Positions 1-7,231 of a stretch of 14,815 nucleotides of DNA are shown in pieces (position 1 is the stretch's first letter; every line of letters begins with the position of its first letter). The notes below the pieces were generated by a model, which worked only from the letters and a program-made list of their open reading frames with translations, was not told where the DNA came from and made no database searches. Source of the stretch: Thermoanaerobaculia bacterium (GTDB taxonomy: Bacteria; Acidobacteriota; Thermoanaerobaculia; Multivoradales; UBA5704); NCBI GenBank assembly GCA_044226625.1, contig JBGAGQ010000103.1, forward strand, positions 1-14,815, given 5' to 3'. A program made the position numbers and the translations under genes.

Positions 1-347
1 CAGAGCGAACCGCCGAAGTAGACGTTGATCACCTGGAGGCCGCGGCAGACCCCGAAGACCGGCAAGCCCCGCTCCCGCGCGAGGTCGAGCGCGCTCCACT
101 CGAGCTCGTCGCGCTCGGGGAGCGTTTCGACCTGCCCGCCGGAAAGGACCGCCTCGCCGTAGCGCGCGGGATCGACGTCGCAACCGCCGGAGAGCAAAAC
201 GCCCGAGACGCGCCCCGAAAGCTCGCCGAGGCCGGCGCGACCGTCCGGAGCGACGACCGCGATCTCGCCCCCCTGGAAGCCGACGGCCCGTAGCGCCTCG
301 ACGTAGGGCTCGGCCCTCTCTTCGAGCGAAGTGGTGAGAAGGATCAT
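1..347 (-). CDS. Gamma-glutamyl-gamma-aminobutyrate hydrolase family protein (peptidase C26 / class I glutamine amidotransferase-like, PuuD-like); 3' end runs off the window
   Basis: Not in the ORF track; translated by hand from ATG at 347: MILLTTSLEERAEPYVEALRAVG...GVLLSGGCDVDPARYGE...ERDELEWSALDLARERGLPVFGVCRGLQVINVYFGGSL. It has the C26 motifs LLxGGxDVDPxxYG, RDxxE and the nucleophile elbow GxCRGxQxxNV. The gabT/SSADH context fits. Confidence 0.85.
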   Translation of the reverse strand, partial: MILLTTSLEERAEPYVEALRAVGFQGGEIAVVAPDGRAGLGELSGRVSGVLLSGGCDVDPARYGEAVLSGGQVETLPERDELEWSALDLARERGLPVFGVCRGLQVINVYFGGSL

Positions 348-365
348 GGGTGGGCGCGGAGCTCA

Positions 366-421
366 GAATGTCGAATCTGGAATCGCGAAGATGGAGGTTC
401 TAGATTCTCGATTCGCCATTC
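366..421. repeat. Imperfect palindrome built from 7-nt-period GAATC-NN / NN-GATTC units, overlapping the thiolase stop
   Basis: Left arm gaatg-tc-gaatc-tg-gaatc-gc-gaa (366-389), loop 390-397, right arm ttc-ta-gattc-tc-gattc-gc-cattc (398-421). Confidence 0.6.
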
Positions 422-1605
422 GCTTCTCTTTCCACCAGGACCGCGATCCCCATTCCGCCCGAGATGCAGAGCGTCGCGATGCCGAGCCGCTCGCCCCGGG
501 CGGCCATGCCGTGGAGCAAGGTGACGACGATCCTCGCTCCGGTGGCACCGATCGGATGCCCGAGCGCGATCGCCCCACCGTCCGGATTGACCCGTTCGGG
601 ATCGAGCCCGAGCCCTGCGACGCAGGCGAGCACCTGACAGGCGAACGCCTCGTTGAGCTCGATCGACTCGATCTCGGAGAGCGAAACGCCGGTCGCTAGA
701 AGCAGCTTCTCGACCGCGGGCACCGGGCCGATCCCCATGATCCTCGGCTCGACGCCGACGACGCTCCACCCGGCCAGACGCGCCTCGATCTTCAGGCCGC
801 GCCGCTCGGCGGCCGCGCGAGAAGCGACCAACAGCGCCGCCGCTCCGTCGGTGATCCCGGAGGCGTTGCCCGCGGTGACGGCGCCTCCCTTGCGAAATAC
901 GGTCGGCAGCTTCGCGAGCGATTCGAGCGTCGCGCCGTCGCGCGGGTGCTCGTCGGTTTCGACCAGCATCGACCCCTTCTTGCCGGGAACGGCGATCGGC
1001 GCGATCTCCGCCTCGAACCGCCCCGCCTTGCGGGCGCGCTCGCACCGGTTTTGACTCGTCAAGGCCCACTGGTCCGAGGCCGCGCGGTCGATCCCCCGCT
1101 CCTCGGCCAGCTCTTCGGCGGTCTCCCCCATCACCAGCTTCGACAGCGGATCGTCGAATCCGTCGCGATACATGCCGTCGACGATCTCGGCGTGCCCCAT
1201 CCGGTACCCGGTCCGGGCACGCGGCAGGAGGTACGGCGTGTTCGACATGCTCTCGGTGCCGCCGGCGAGGATGATCTCCGCTTCACCGAGCAGGATCGTC
1301 CGGGCGGCGGAAAGAATCGCTTGCAGGCCGGAGCCGCAGGCCTGATTGACGGTGAAAGCGGGCGCTTCGACCGGAACCCCCGCTCGATGAGAGATCTGAC
1401 GGGCGGTGTTCGGACCGCCTCCCGCCTGCCGCCCATGGCCGAAGATCGTCTGGTCGACGACCGAGCCGTGGAGCCCGGCGCGGATCAAGCTGGCGGACGC
1501 CGCCGCCGAGCCGAGGTCGGCCGCCGAGAGGGGGGAGAGAATCCCCATGAACTTCCCGATCGGCGTGCGGACCGGGGCGCAGAGAACGATGTCGTCGGGG
1601 CTCAA
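400..1605 (-). CDS. Acetyl-CoA C-acyltransferase (thiolase, AtoB/PhaA-like)
   Basis: 401 aa with RTPIG at the N-terminus, nucleophile NQACGSGL, GGTESMS, GNASGITDGAAA, ELNEAFA, GGAIALGHPIGATG and LCISGGMG. TTG start preceded by AGGAG. Confidence 0.95.
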   Translation of the reverse strand: MSPDDIVLCAPVRTPIGKFMGILSPLSAADLGSAAASASLIRAGLHGSVVDQTIFGHGRQAGGGPNTARQISHRAGVPVEAPAFTVNQACGSGLQAILSAARTILLGEAEIILAGGTESMSNTPYLLPRARTGYRMGHAEIVDGMYRDGFDDPLSKLVMGETAEELAEERGIDRAASDQWALTSQNRCERARKAGRFEAEIAPIAVPGKKGSMLVETDEHPRDGATLESLAKLPTVFRKGGAVTAGNASGITDGAAALLVASRAAAERRGLKIEARLAGWSVVGVEPRIMGIGPVPAVEKLLLATGVSLSEIESIELNEAFACQVLACVAGLGLDPERVNPDGGAIALGHPIGATGARIVVTLLHGMAARGERLGIATLCISGGMGIAVLVEREANGESRI

Positions 1606-1683
1606 CGGGAGGCTCCTGGAGGGCTAAGGCGTCCGGACGAGAGATCCTACAACGGGGCCCGGTCTCTTCCCCAAGCCGCCCTC

Positions 1684-1980
1684 TCAGCGTCTTTGCCAGA
1701 TTTGCGGATCGCGCGAAGAATGGAGGACGGCGATCACCTGGATCGAGTCGGGATGGGGCCGGAAGAAAATCACCTGGCGAAACCCGGGGATCAGAGCACG
1801 CCGGACATCGCCATGGACCGCGGGAAAATGGAGCGGGTTGCTGCCGATCCTCTGGAGCCCCTCGCGTACCCGCTGACGAAACCGCGACACGACGTGAGGC
1901 GCTTCCTTGCGAAACCAGCTCACGGCCTCCAACAGGTCATTCTCGGCCGCGGTGGTCAGCCGAACCGGCAGGGAGCTCAT
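1684..1980 (-). CDS. Type II toxin, RelE/ParE family
   Basis: MSSLPVRLTTAAENDLLEAVSWF...RF...NPLHFP...VRRALIPGF...IFFR...IQVIAVLHSSRDPQIW is the typical ParE-like pattern. The ATG at 1980 overlaps the antitoxin stop (ATGA at 1977-1980). Confidence 0.88.
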   Translation of the reverse strand: MSSLPVRLTTAAENDLLEAVSWFRKEAPHVVSRFRQRVREGLQRIGSNPLHFPAVHGDVRRALIPGFRQVIFFRPHPDSIQVIAVLHSSRDPQIWQRR

Positions 1981-2198
1981 CTGCCTTCCGGCCAAATCCT
2001 CGCTTCGACCTCCTCCCAAGAGGAGCCCAATTCCGGATTCGCTTCAAGCTCCGCCAATCGGCTCTGGAGAATCTCCTGCTGCCAGGCAGGCAGAGCGGAC
2101 GGTTCGCTTTCGAGGCTGTCCCAGAGGGCCTCGGCAAGCTCCTGGCGATCCTTGGCAGGAAGCTCCAATACCTGCTGTCTCAGTTCGAGCGTGACCAT
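1977..2198 (-). CDS. Addiction module antitoxin (TIGR02574 family)
   Basis: 73 aa acidic protein with L-P-x-x-R-x-x-LAEALWDSL...LPAWQQEILQSRLAELEANP...SWEEV. It is translationally coupled to the downstream toxin. Start placed at 2198 because of the promoter. Confidence 0.88.
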   Translation of the reverse strand: MVTLELRQQVLELPAKDRQELAEALWDSLESEPSALPAWQQEILQSRLAELEANPELGSSWEEVEARIWPEGR

Positions 2199-2205
2199 GC
2201 GATTC

Positions 2206-2234
2206 AGTGTAGAGGTCCGGTTTGGGCTTGGCAA
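2206..2234 (-). promoter_or_regulatory. Sigma70-type promoter TTGCCA-N17-TACACT, 7 nt before the antitoxin ATG (leaderless)
   Basis: Minus-strand -35 TTGCCA (2229-2234) and -10 TACACT (2206-2211). It is overlapped by nested inverted repeats GAGGTCC/GGACCTC (2212-2218, 2240-2246) and GGCTTG-G-CAAGCC (2225-2237). Confidence 0.65.
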
Positions 2235-2442
2235 GCCGAGGACCTCCGACAAGCGACCGGAGCCGGTTTCAGTGCCACCGCGGATGCGGACTGCAACACG
2301 GTCCAGGATTATGTCCGGCCGAACGATAGGAGTCCGGATTCAACATCCTTGCCCCCAAAAGCACAGTGCGAGCCTTTCGGCCGCTTGGTCTTCCCGTACG
2401 ACGCAGTCACGCAGTCCATGTCAATTCTTCTTCTAGGCCGCG

Positions 2443-3000
2443 CTATTTTGGCGAGGGCTCGAGCAGAATCGCTTCATCGACGTTGATTGACACCGCCAGC
2501 AAGCGGAGATCCTCCACCTTGGAGGGATTCAGCGCCACCTCGATTCGAGTCCAGCTTCCAGCCTTTAGTTTCCCATTGAGAGGAACGCGAACCACTCGAT
2601 GTTTCGAGAACGCCTCCTCAACATCCTTTCCGAAGTAAACGGTAACCTCGACCCCACCGAAATCAGCGGCGTAGGGATTGCCGATAGCAAGGCTTATTTT
2701 GTGACCCTCTAAGAAGGGCTTCACGTCTTTGCAGCTCACCAGGAGTTGAAACTGACTTGTACCTGTGGCTACTACTCCGAATCCGCCTTGACTGCAGTCG
2801 GGGTAGGTAATCTGGGGTGGCTGTTGACTTGAAAGAGTGACCATCAAGCTAGACAGCGCCTCAAGCCTTTTCTCCAACTCTCCTAACCGCCCTTCGAGTT
2901 CCTGCGCCTTAGTTAGGGTGGGCTGGGAGCTTTCCTGGCCACAAACAGCAAATGGCGATCCCAAAAGCAACAGTACGAGGAAAAAGGGACCTGCCTGCAT
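2443..3000 (-). CDS. Exported protein, DUF3251/YajI-like
   Basis: Hydrophobic signal peptide, then a short coiled coil (AQELEGRLGELEKRLEAL), then a beta-rich domain (LLVSCKDVKPFLEGHKISLAIGNP...GKLKAGSWTRIEVALNP) recalled as DUF3251-like. Visibly more A/T-rich codon usage than its neighbours. Confidence 0.55.
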   Translation of the reverse strand: MQAGPFFLVLLLLGSPFAVCGQESSQPTLTKAQELEGRLGELEKRLEALSSLMVTLSSQQPPQITYPDCSQGGFGVVATGTSQFQLLVSCKDVKPFLEGHKISLAIGNPYAADFGGVEVTVYFGKDVEEAFSKHRVVRVPLNGKLKAGSWTRIEVALNPSKVEDLRLLAVSINVDEAILLEPSPK

Positions 3001-3010
3001 TTCGTGCCCT

Positions 3011-4375
3011 CTACCCTTCCCAGACCGTCTTCACGTTCACGAACTCCCGGATGCCGTGCACCGAGAGCTCGCGGCCGAAGCCGCTCCGCTTGATGCCGCC
3101 GAAGGGCAGGCGCGGGTCGCTCTTCACCATGCCGTTGATGAACACCGAGCCCGCCTCGATCCCTTCGACCAGGCGGTCCCGCTCCGCGGGATCGCTCGTC
3201 CAGGCGGAGGCGCCGAGGCCGAACGGCGTCGCGTTCGCGAGCTCGATCGCCTGCTCGAGGGTGTCGACCGTGAACAGGACGGCCACCGGGCCGAACGTCT
3301 CTTCGGAGTAGGCCGGGCTCCCTTCCACCGGATCGGCGAGCACGGTCGGAGGGTAGAAGTTTCCCGGTCCGTCGAGCGACCGGCCCCCGGTGAGGCAGCG
3401 CGCTCCCGCCGCGATCGAGCGGCGGACCTGGTCGTCCAGCTCCTCGCGGATCTTCGCCGTCGCGAGCGGGCCGATCTCGGTGGAAGGGTCCCTCGGATCG
3501 CCGACTTTCAGGGCGGCCATCCCGCGGACGAACTCCTTTTCGAACTCCGCCGCGATCTCGCGGTGCACGATGAAGCGTTTCGCCGCGATGCACGACTGGC
3601 CGTTGTTGATCGTCCGCGCCTTCACCGCCGTCGCGACCGCACGCGGTAGATCGGCGCTCGGCATGACGAGGAACGGGTCGCTGCCGCCCAGCTCGAGAAC
3701 CGCCTTCTTGATCTGCGCCCCCGCCGCGCGGCCCACCGCGATTCCAGCTCCCTCGCTGCCGGTGAGCGTCACGGCCGCGATTCGCGGGTCGTCGATCAAT
3801 GCCTGGACCGCGCCCGAGCCGACGAGCAAGGTTTGAAAGACGCCGGCGGGAGCCCCCGCCCGGGTGAAGATCTCCTCGATCGCGAGCGCCGCCTGAGGAA
3901 CGTTCGAAGCGTGCTTGAGCAGGCCGACGTTGCCCGCCATCACCGCCGGAGCGGCGAAGCGGAAGACCTGCCAGAACGGGAAGTTCCAAGGCATCACGGC
4001 GAGCACGACGCCGATCGGCTGATAGCGGACGAAGCTCCGCTTTGCGTCGGTCTCCGCCGGCTCGTCGGCGAGGAACGCCGCCGCGTGCTCTGCATAGAAC
4101 CAACAGCAGGAGGCGCACTTCTCGACTTCCGCGATGGCGGCGCCGATCGGCTTACCCATCTCCAAGGTGAGGATCTCGCCGAAGCGAGCCTTCTCCGCTT
4201 CGAGGATCTCGGCGGCGCGCACGAGGACCGCGCTCCGCTCCGGGAACGGGCTCGATCGCCACGAGCGGAAGGCCGAGTCGGCCAACGCGACCCGCCGCTC
4301 GACCTCGCCGGCTGAGTGCTCGTCGAACGTGGCGACCGTCTCACCCGTTGCGGGATTGATCGTGGCGATGGCCAT
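3011..4375 (-). CDS. gabD: NAD(P)-dependent succinate-semialdehyde dehydrogenase (Sad/GabD1-type ALDH)
   Basis: MAIATINPATGE, VMPWNFPFWQVFRFAAP, LLKHASNVP, TLTGSEGAG, LELGGSDP, catalytic NNGQSCIAAKRF, EETFGPV and PFGGIKRSGFGREL. SD AAGGA precedes ATG 4375, and the gene lies downstream of gabT. Confidence 0.92.
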   Translation of the reverse strand: MAIATINPATGETVATFDEHSAGEVERRVALADSAFRSWRSSPFPERSAVLVRAAEILEAEKARFGEILTLEMGKPIGAAIAEVEKCASCCWFYAEHAAAFLADEPAETDAKRSFVRYQPIGVVLAVMPWNFPFWQVFRFAAPAVMAGNVGLLKHASNVPQAALAIEEIFTRAGAPAGVFQTLLVGSGAVQALIDDPRIAAVTLTGSEGAGIAVGRAAGAQIKKAVLELGGSDPFLVMPSADLPRAVATAVKARTINNGQSCIAAKRFIVHREIAAEFEKEFVRGMAALKVGDPRDPSTEIGPLATAKIREELDDQVRRSIAAGARCLTGGRSLDGPGNFYPPTVLADPVEGSPAYSEETFGPVAVLFTVDTLEQAIELANATPFGLGASAWTSDPAERDRLVEGIEAGSVFINGMVKSDPRLPFGGIKRSGFGRELSVHGIREFVNVKTVWEG

Positions 4376-4411
4376 CAAAGAATTCCTTCCAGAGGTGGGC
4401 GCGACCGATGA

Positions 4412-4702
4412 TCAGCGGGCTCGCTTCCAGGTTGATGGGTGCCGAGAGGTATGCAGGACCGCAAGAATCAGCGCTTCTTCTCCACGCAGCCGGTAGTAGA
4501 CCACGTAAGGAAAAGAATGGACGAGCATCCGCCGAACGCGTGGCTCGACTTCTGGGAAGGCGCGCGGATGCGTCACGAGGATTTCGAGCGAATTTGCGAG
4601 CGATTGGGCAAATCGCTCTTCGAGGGCTGGCGAGTGGGCTCCGTACCATTCACGCGCCTGAAGGATGTCCGCTTTTGCAGCCTCTCGGTAACGAAGCTTC
4701 AT
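4412..4702 (-). CDS. Type II toxin, RelE/ParE family
   Basis: MKLRYREAAKADILQAREWY...LEERF...HPRAFP...VRRMLVHSFPYVVYYR...ILAVLHTSRHPSTW. ATGA overlap with the antitoxin at 4699-4702. Confidence 0.9.
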   Translation of the reverse strand: MKLRYREAAKADILQAREWYGAHSPALEERFAQSLANSLEILVTHPRAFPEVEPRVRRMLVHSFPYVVYYRLRGEEALILAVLHTSRHPSTWKRAR

Positions 4703-4923
4703 GCCCGCGGTCGACGAAGCCATGCGAGCAAATCGTCACCCGGAAGGGAGCCCTCGGAGCCGTCGTCCGCTTCGGTCAAGCGCGCGCGGATGATGTCGCG
4801 ATGCCACTCAGGCACCATGAGATCCTGAGGTTCCACGCTGTCCCATAGATCGATGGCCAACGCGACTCGCTCGTCGGGCGAGAGCTCCACCAGCGCCTGC
4901 GCTCGGATCTCCATCTTGGTCAT
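4699..4923 (-). CDS. Addiction module antitoxin (TIGR02574 family)
   Basis: 74 aa, LSPDERVALAIDLWDSV...VPEWHRDIIRARL; coupled to the downstream toxin. Confidence 0.88.
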   Translation of the reverse strand: MTKMEIRAQALVELSPDERVALAIDLWDSVEPQDLMVPEWHRDIIRARLTEADDGSEGSLPGDDLLAWLRRPRA

Positions 4924-4930
4924 GGCAGCC

Positions 4931-4958
4931 AGTCTATTCCCTCTGCCAGACGGGTCAA
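4931..4958 (-). promoter_or_regulatory. Sigma70-type promoter TTGACC-N16-TAGACT, 7 nt before the antitoxin ATG (leaderless)
   Basis: Minus-strand -35 TTGACC (4953-4958) and -10 TAGACT (4931-4936); no SD before ATG 4923. Confidence 0.65.
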
Positions 4959-4970
4959 GAGAGCTCGATC

Positions 4971-6344
4971 CTACGCGCCCGCGATCGACCGCTCGAGCAG
5001 GGCGAGGCCTTCTTCGAGCTGGTCGTCGGAGATCACGAACGGCATCAGCGTGCGGATCACGTTACCCGCGGTGGCGGCGGACAGGAGGAGAAGGCCGCTC
5101 CGGTAGGCGTTCTGGATCACGCGCTGGGTGAATTCCTTGTCCGGCTCCTTGGTCGCCGGATCCTTGACGAATTCGAGCGCGCGCATCGCCCCGAGGCCGC
5201 GGGCGTCGCCGATCCGCGGATGGCGCGACGCGAGCTCGGCGAAGCGGGCTTCGACCTTCGCGCCGAGCGCCCGAGCGCGCTCGACCATCCCCTCCGACTC
5301 GATCTGATCGAGGATCGCGAGCGCCGCGGCGCACGCGACGGGATTGCCGAGGTAGGTGCCGCCGAGCCCCCCCACCTGGGCGCTGTCCATGATCTCGGCC
5401 CGTCCGGTGACCGCCGAGATCGGCAGACCGCCGCCCATCGACTTCGCCGTGATCATCAGGTCGGGCTCGAACTCGAACCGCTCCGCGTAGTGCTCGGCGG
5501 CGAACATTTTGCCGGTGCGGCCGAAGCCGGTTTGGATCTCGTCGTCGACGAACAGGATGCCGTGGTCGCGGCAGAAGCGGGAGAGCGCCTCGACGTAAGC
5601 CGGGGGCGCCGGGATGAAGCCCCCTTCGCCGGTCACCAGCTCCATCACCACGCAGGCGACCTGCTCCGGCGCGACGTACGAGGCGAAGAACTCGCGGATC
5701 TCCCGCTCGTACGCCGCCGCGGTCCCCGGCGTCTCGCGCCGATATTCGTAGGGGTACGGCATCCGATAGATCTCGGGCGCGTAGGGACCGAAACCGAGCT
5801 TGTAAGGCTTAACCTTGCTGGTCATCGAGAGCCCGAGCAGCGTCCGGCCGTGGAAACCGTGCTCGAACACCACGACGCCCTGGCGGCCGGTCGCGTGGCG
5901 GGCGATCTTCACCGCGTTCTCGACCGCCTCGGCGCCCGAGTTGGCGAGCATCGTCTTCTTCTCGAACGCCCCCGGAACGAGCGCGTTCAAGCGCTCGGCG
6001 AGCAGCAGGTAGGGCTCGTAACCGACGACCGTGAAACAGGTGTGGGTGAGCTTGCCGACCTGCTCGCGCACCGCGGCGACGACGGCCGGATTCGCGTGGC
6101 CGAAGTTCAGCGTGCCGATGCCGCCGGCGAAATCGATCAGGACGTTTCCGTCCACGTCGTAGAGAAGGGCGCCCTCCGCCCGATCGATGAAGATCGGAGC
6201 GGTATGCGCGAGCCCACGCGGCGTCGCCTTCTCGCGCCGCGCCCAAAGCGCGCGCGAACGGGGCCCCGGGATTTCGGTCTTGAGGACGACAGAAGCAGAA
6301 GAAGAGGAGGACGAAGTGGCGACCGCGGTTTCGGTCATGGGCAT
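4971..6344 (-). CDS. gabT: 4-aminobutyrate--2-oxoglutarate transaminase (class III PLP aminotransferase)
   Basis: [65 protein letters not shown] lysine in TAKSMGGG, and [11 protein letters not shown]. The true start may be ATG 6338, which has better spacing from GGAG. Confidence 0.93.
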   Translation of the reverse strand: MPMTETAVATSSSSSSASVVLKTEIPGPRSRALWARREKATPRGLAHTAPIFIDRAEGALLYDVDGNVLIDFAGGIGTLNFGHANPAVVAAVREQVGKLTHTCFTVVGYEPYLLLAERLNALVPGAFEKKTMLANSGAEAVENAVKIARHATGRQGVVVFEHGFHGRTLLGLSMTSKVKPYKLGFGPYAPEIYRMPYPYEYRRETPGTAAAYEREIREFFASYVAPEQVACVVMELVTGEGGFIPAPPAYVEALSRFCRDHGILFVDDEIQTGFGRTGKMFAAEHYAERFEFEPDLMITAKSMGGGLPISAVTGRAEIMDSAQVGGLGGTYLGNPVACAAALAILDQIESEGMVERARALGAKVEARFAELASRHPRIGDARGLGAMRALEFVKDPATKEPDKEFTQRVIQNAYRSGLLLLSAATAGNVIRTLMPFVISDDQLEEGLALLERSIAGA

Positions 6345-6536
6345 ACGCTCCGGAAAAATTGAGCCGGCTGGGCGGGAAGGAAAGCTCTTTCTAGGAAATC
6401 GGGCGCGACGCGGCGCCTCGGAAGCCTCCGAAGCTTACCGCAAAGGGTACCGATTCGACCGTCGGGCTCACGGGTGGCGCGGATCGATTGCGCAATGAAG
6501 GTTTCAGCGATCTTTGCGGGTCGGCGCCGGGGTTCG

Positions 6537-7025
6537 TCAGACCCGCCCCCACCGCGCGCACCGCTGCCCGGACGTCTCCTCGACCGAGACCTCCAACTCT
6601 TCGACCGAGGTGTTTTCGAGATCGGCGGCTAGAGCCTGCCAGAGGTGCTCGGCAAGCAGCTCGATCGAAACGTTCGTCATCGGCAGCCAGACGACGTCGC
6701 CGTGGGGGAAGAGATAGCGGCGGTCGCGCCAGCGGACCTCGACCTCGGTCGGTCCTCGGTCGATTTCGAGCTGGGCGTTGGCGCTTTCCGGCAAGAGGAC
6801 CCGGGTGTCGAGATTAACGCAGAGCTTGCGGATCTTCCGCTTCGCCGCGTCGAGATCGATCAACAGGCCGAGGTCGTCGAGCTTCGAACCGCCGAATTCG
6901 ACCCGGACGCGGTAGTTGTGGCCGTGGAGCAGCTCGGCCTCCCGGTCGGGAAACAGGGTGAAGTGGGCGGCCGAGAACTTGAAGTCCTCTTTTTCGAGGG
7001 CGATCCGATAGCGGGCACGATCCAT
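6537..7025 (-). CDS. 6-pyruvoyltetrahydropterin synthase family protein (T-fold), PTPS-III-type ExxHGH motif
   Basis: FSAAHF, AELLHGHNYRV, IDL, LD.RVLLP, N.SIELLA and VSVEET. The Cys of the QueD CxxxHGH motif is replaced by Ala and a Glu sits at ExxHGH. -10 TAGCCT (7032-7037) lies 6 nt before the ATG. Confidence 0.88.
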   Translation of the reverse strand: MDRARYRIALEKEDFKFSAAHFTLFPDREAELLHGHNYRVRVEFGGSKLDDLGLLIDLDAAKRKIRKLCVNLDTRVLLPESANAQLEIDRGPTEVEVRWRDRRYLFPHGDVVWLPMTNVSIELLAEHLWQALAADLENTSVEELEVSVEETSGQRCARWGRV

Positions 7026-7231
7026 TCCGTAAGGCTATCGCCGCCGAGGCACGGGACGATAGCCAGCCCGGCGAGCTCGGGCGTCCCGGATCGTCTAGGC
7101 CGAAGTCGGAGCCCGAGCGTCCAAGCTAAGATAGACCTTTCGACGGTCCCGCCGGCTCGGCCGGGGAGATCGAGTGTCGAATCGAACCGCGCCGCCCTCG
7201 CGACGGGCCGAGCGCCAAGGAGTCGTTTCCC

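Noticed and set aside
1981-2252. Longer starts given by the ORF track for the toxin (2019) and antitoxin (2252); likewise 4723 for the second toxin
   Set aside because: ATGA coupling and promoter positions support starts at 1980, 2198 and 4702.
6291-6316. Ser-rich run at the GabT N-terminus as a functional repeat
   Set aside because: A short low-complexity tail with mixed codons before the conserved domain; most likely a neutral extension.
6537-7025. queD of queuosine synthesis or a 7-deazaguanine DNA-modification cluster
   Set aside because: It lacks the catalytic Cys motif, and no queC, queE, folE or dpd genes are adjacent.
7026-7231. Lanthipeptide precursor (LanA) upstream of lanC
   Set aside because: No short ORF with an SD, a leader-like N-terminus and a Cys/Ser/Thr-rich core was found.
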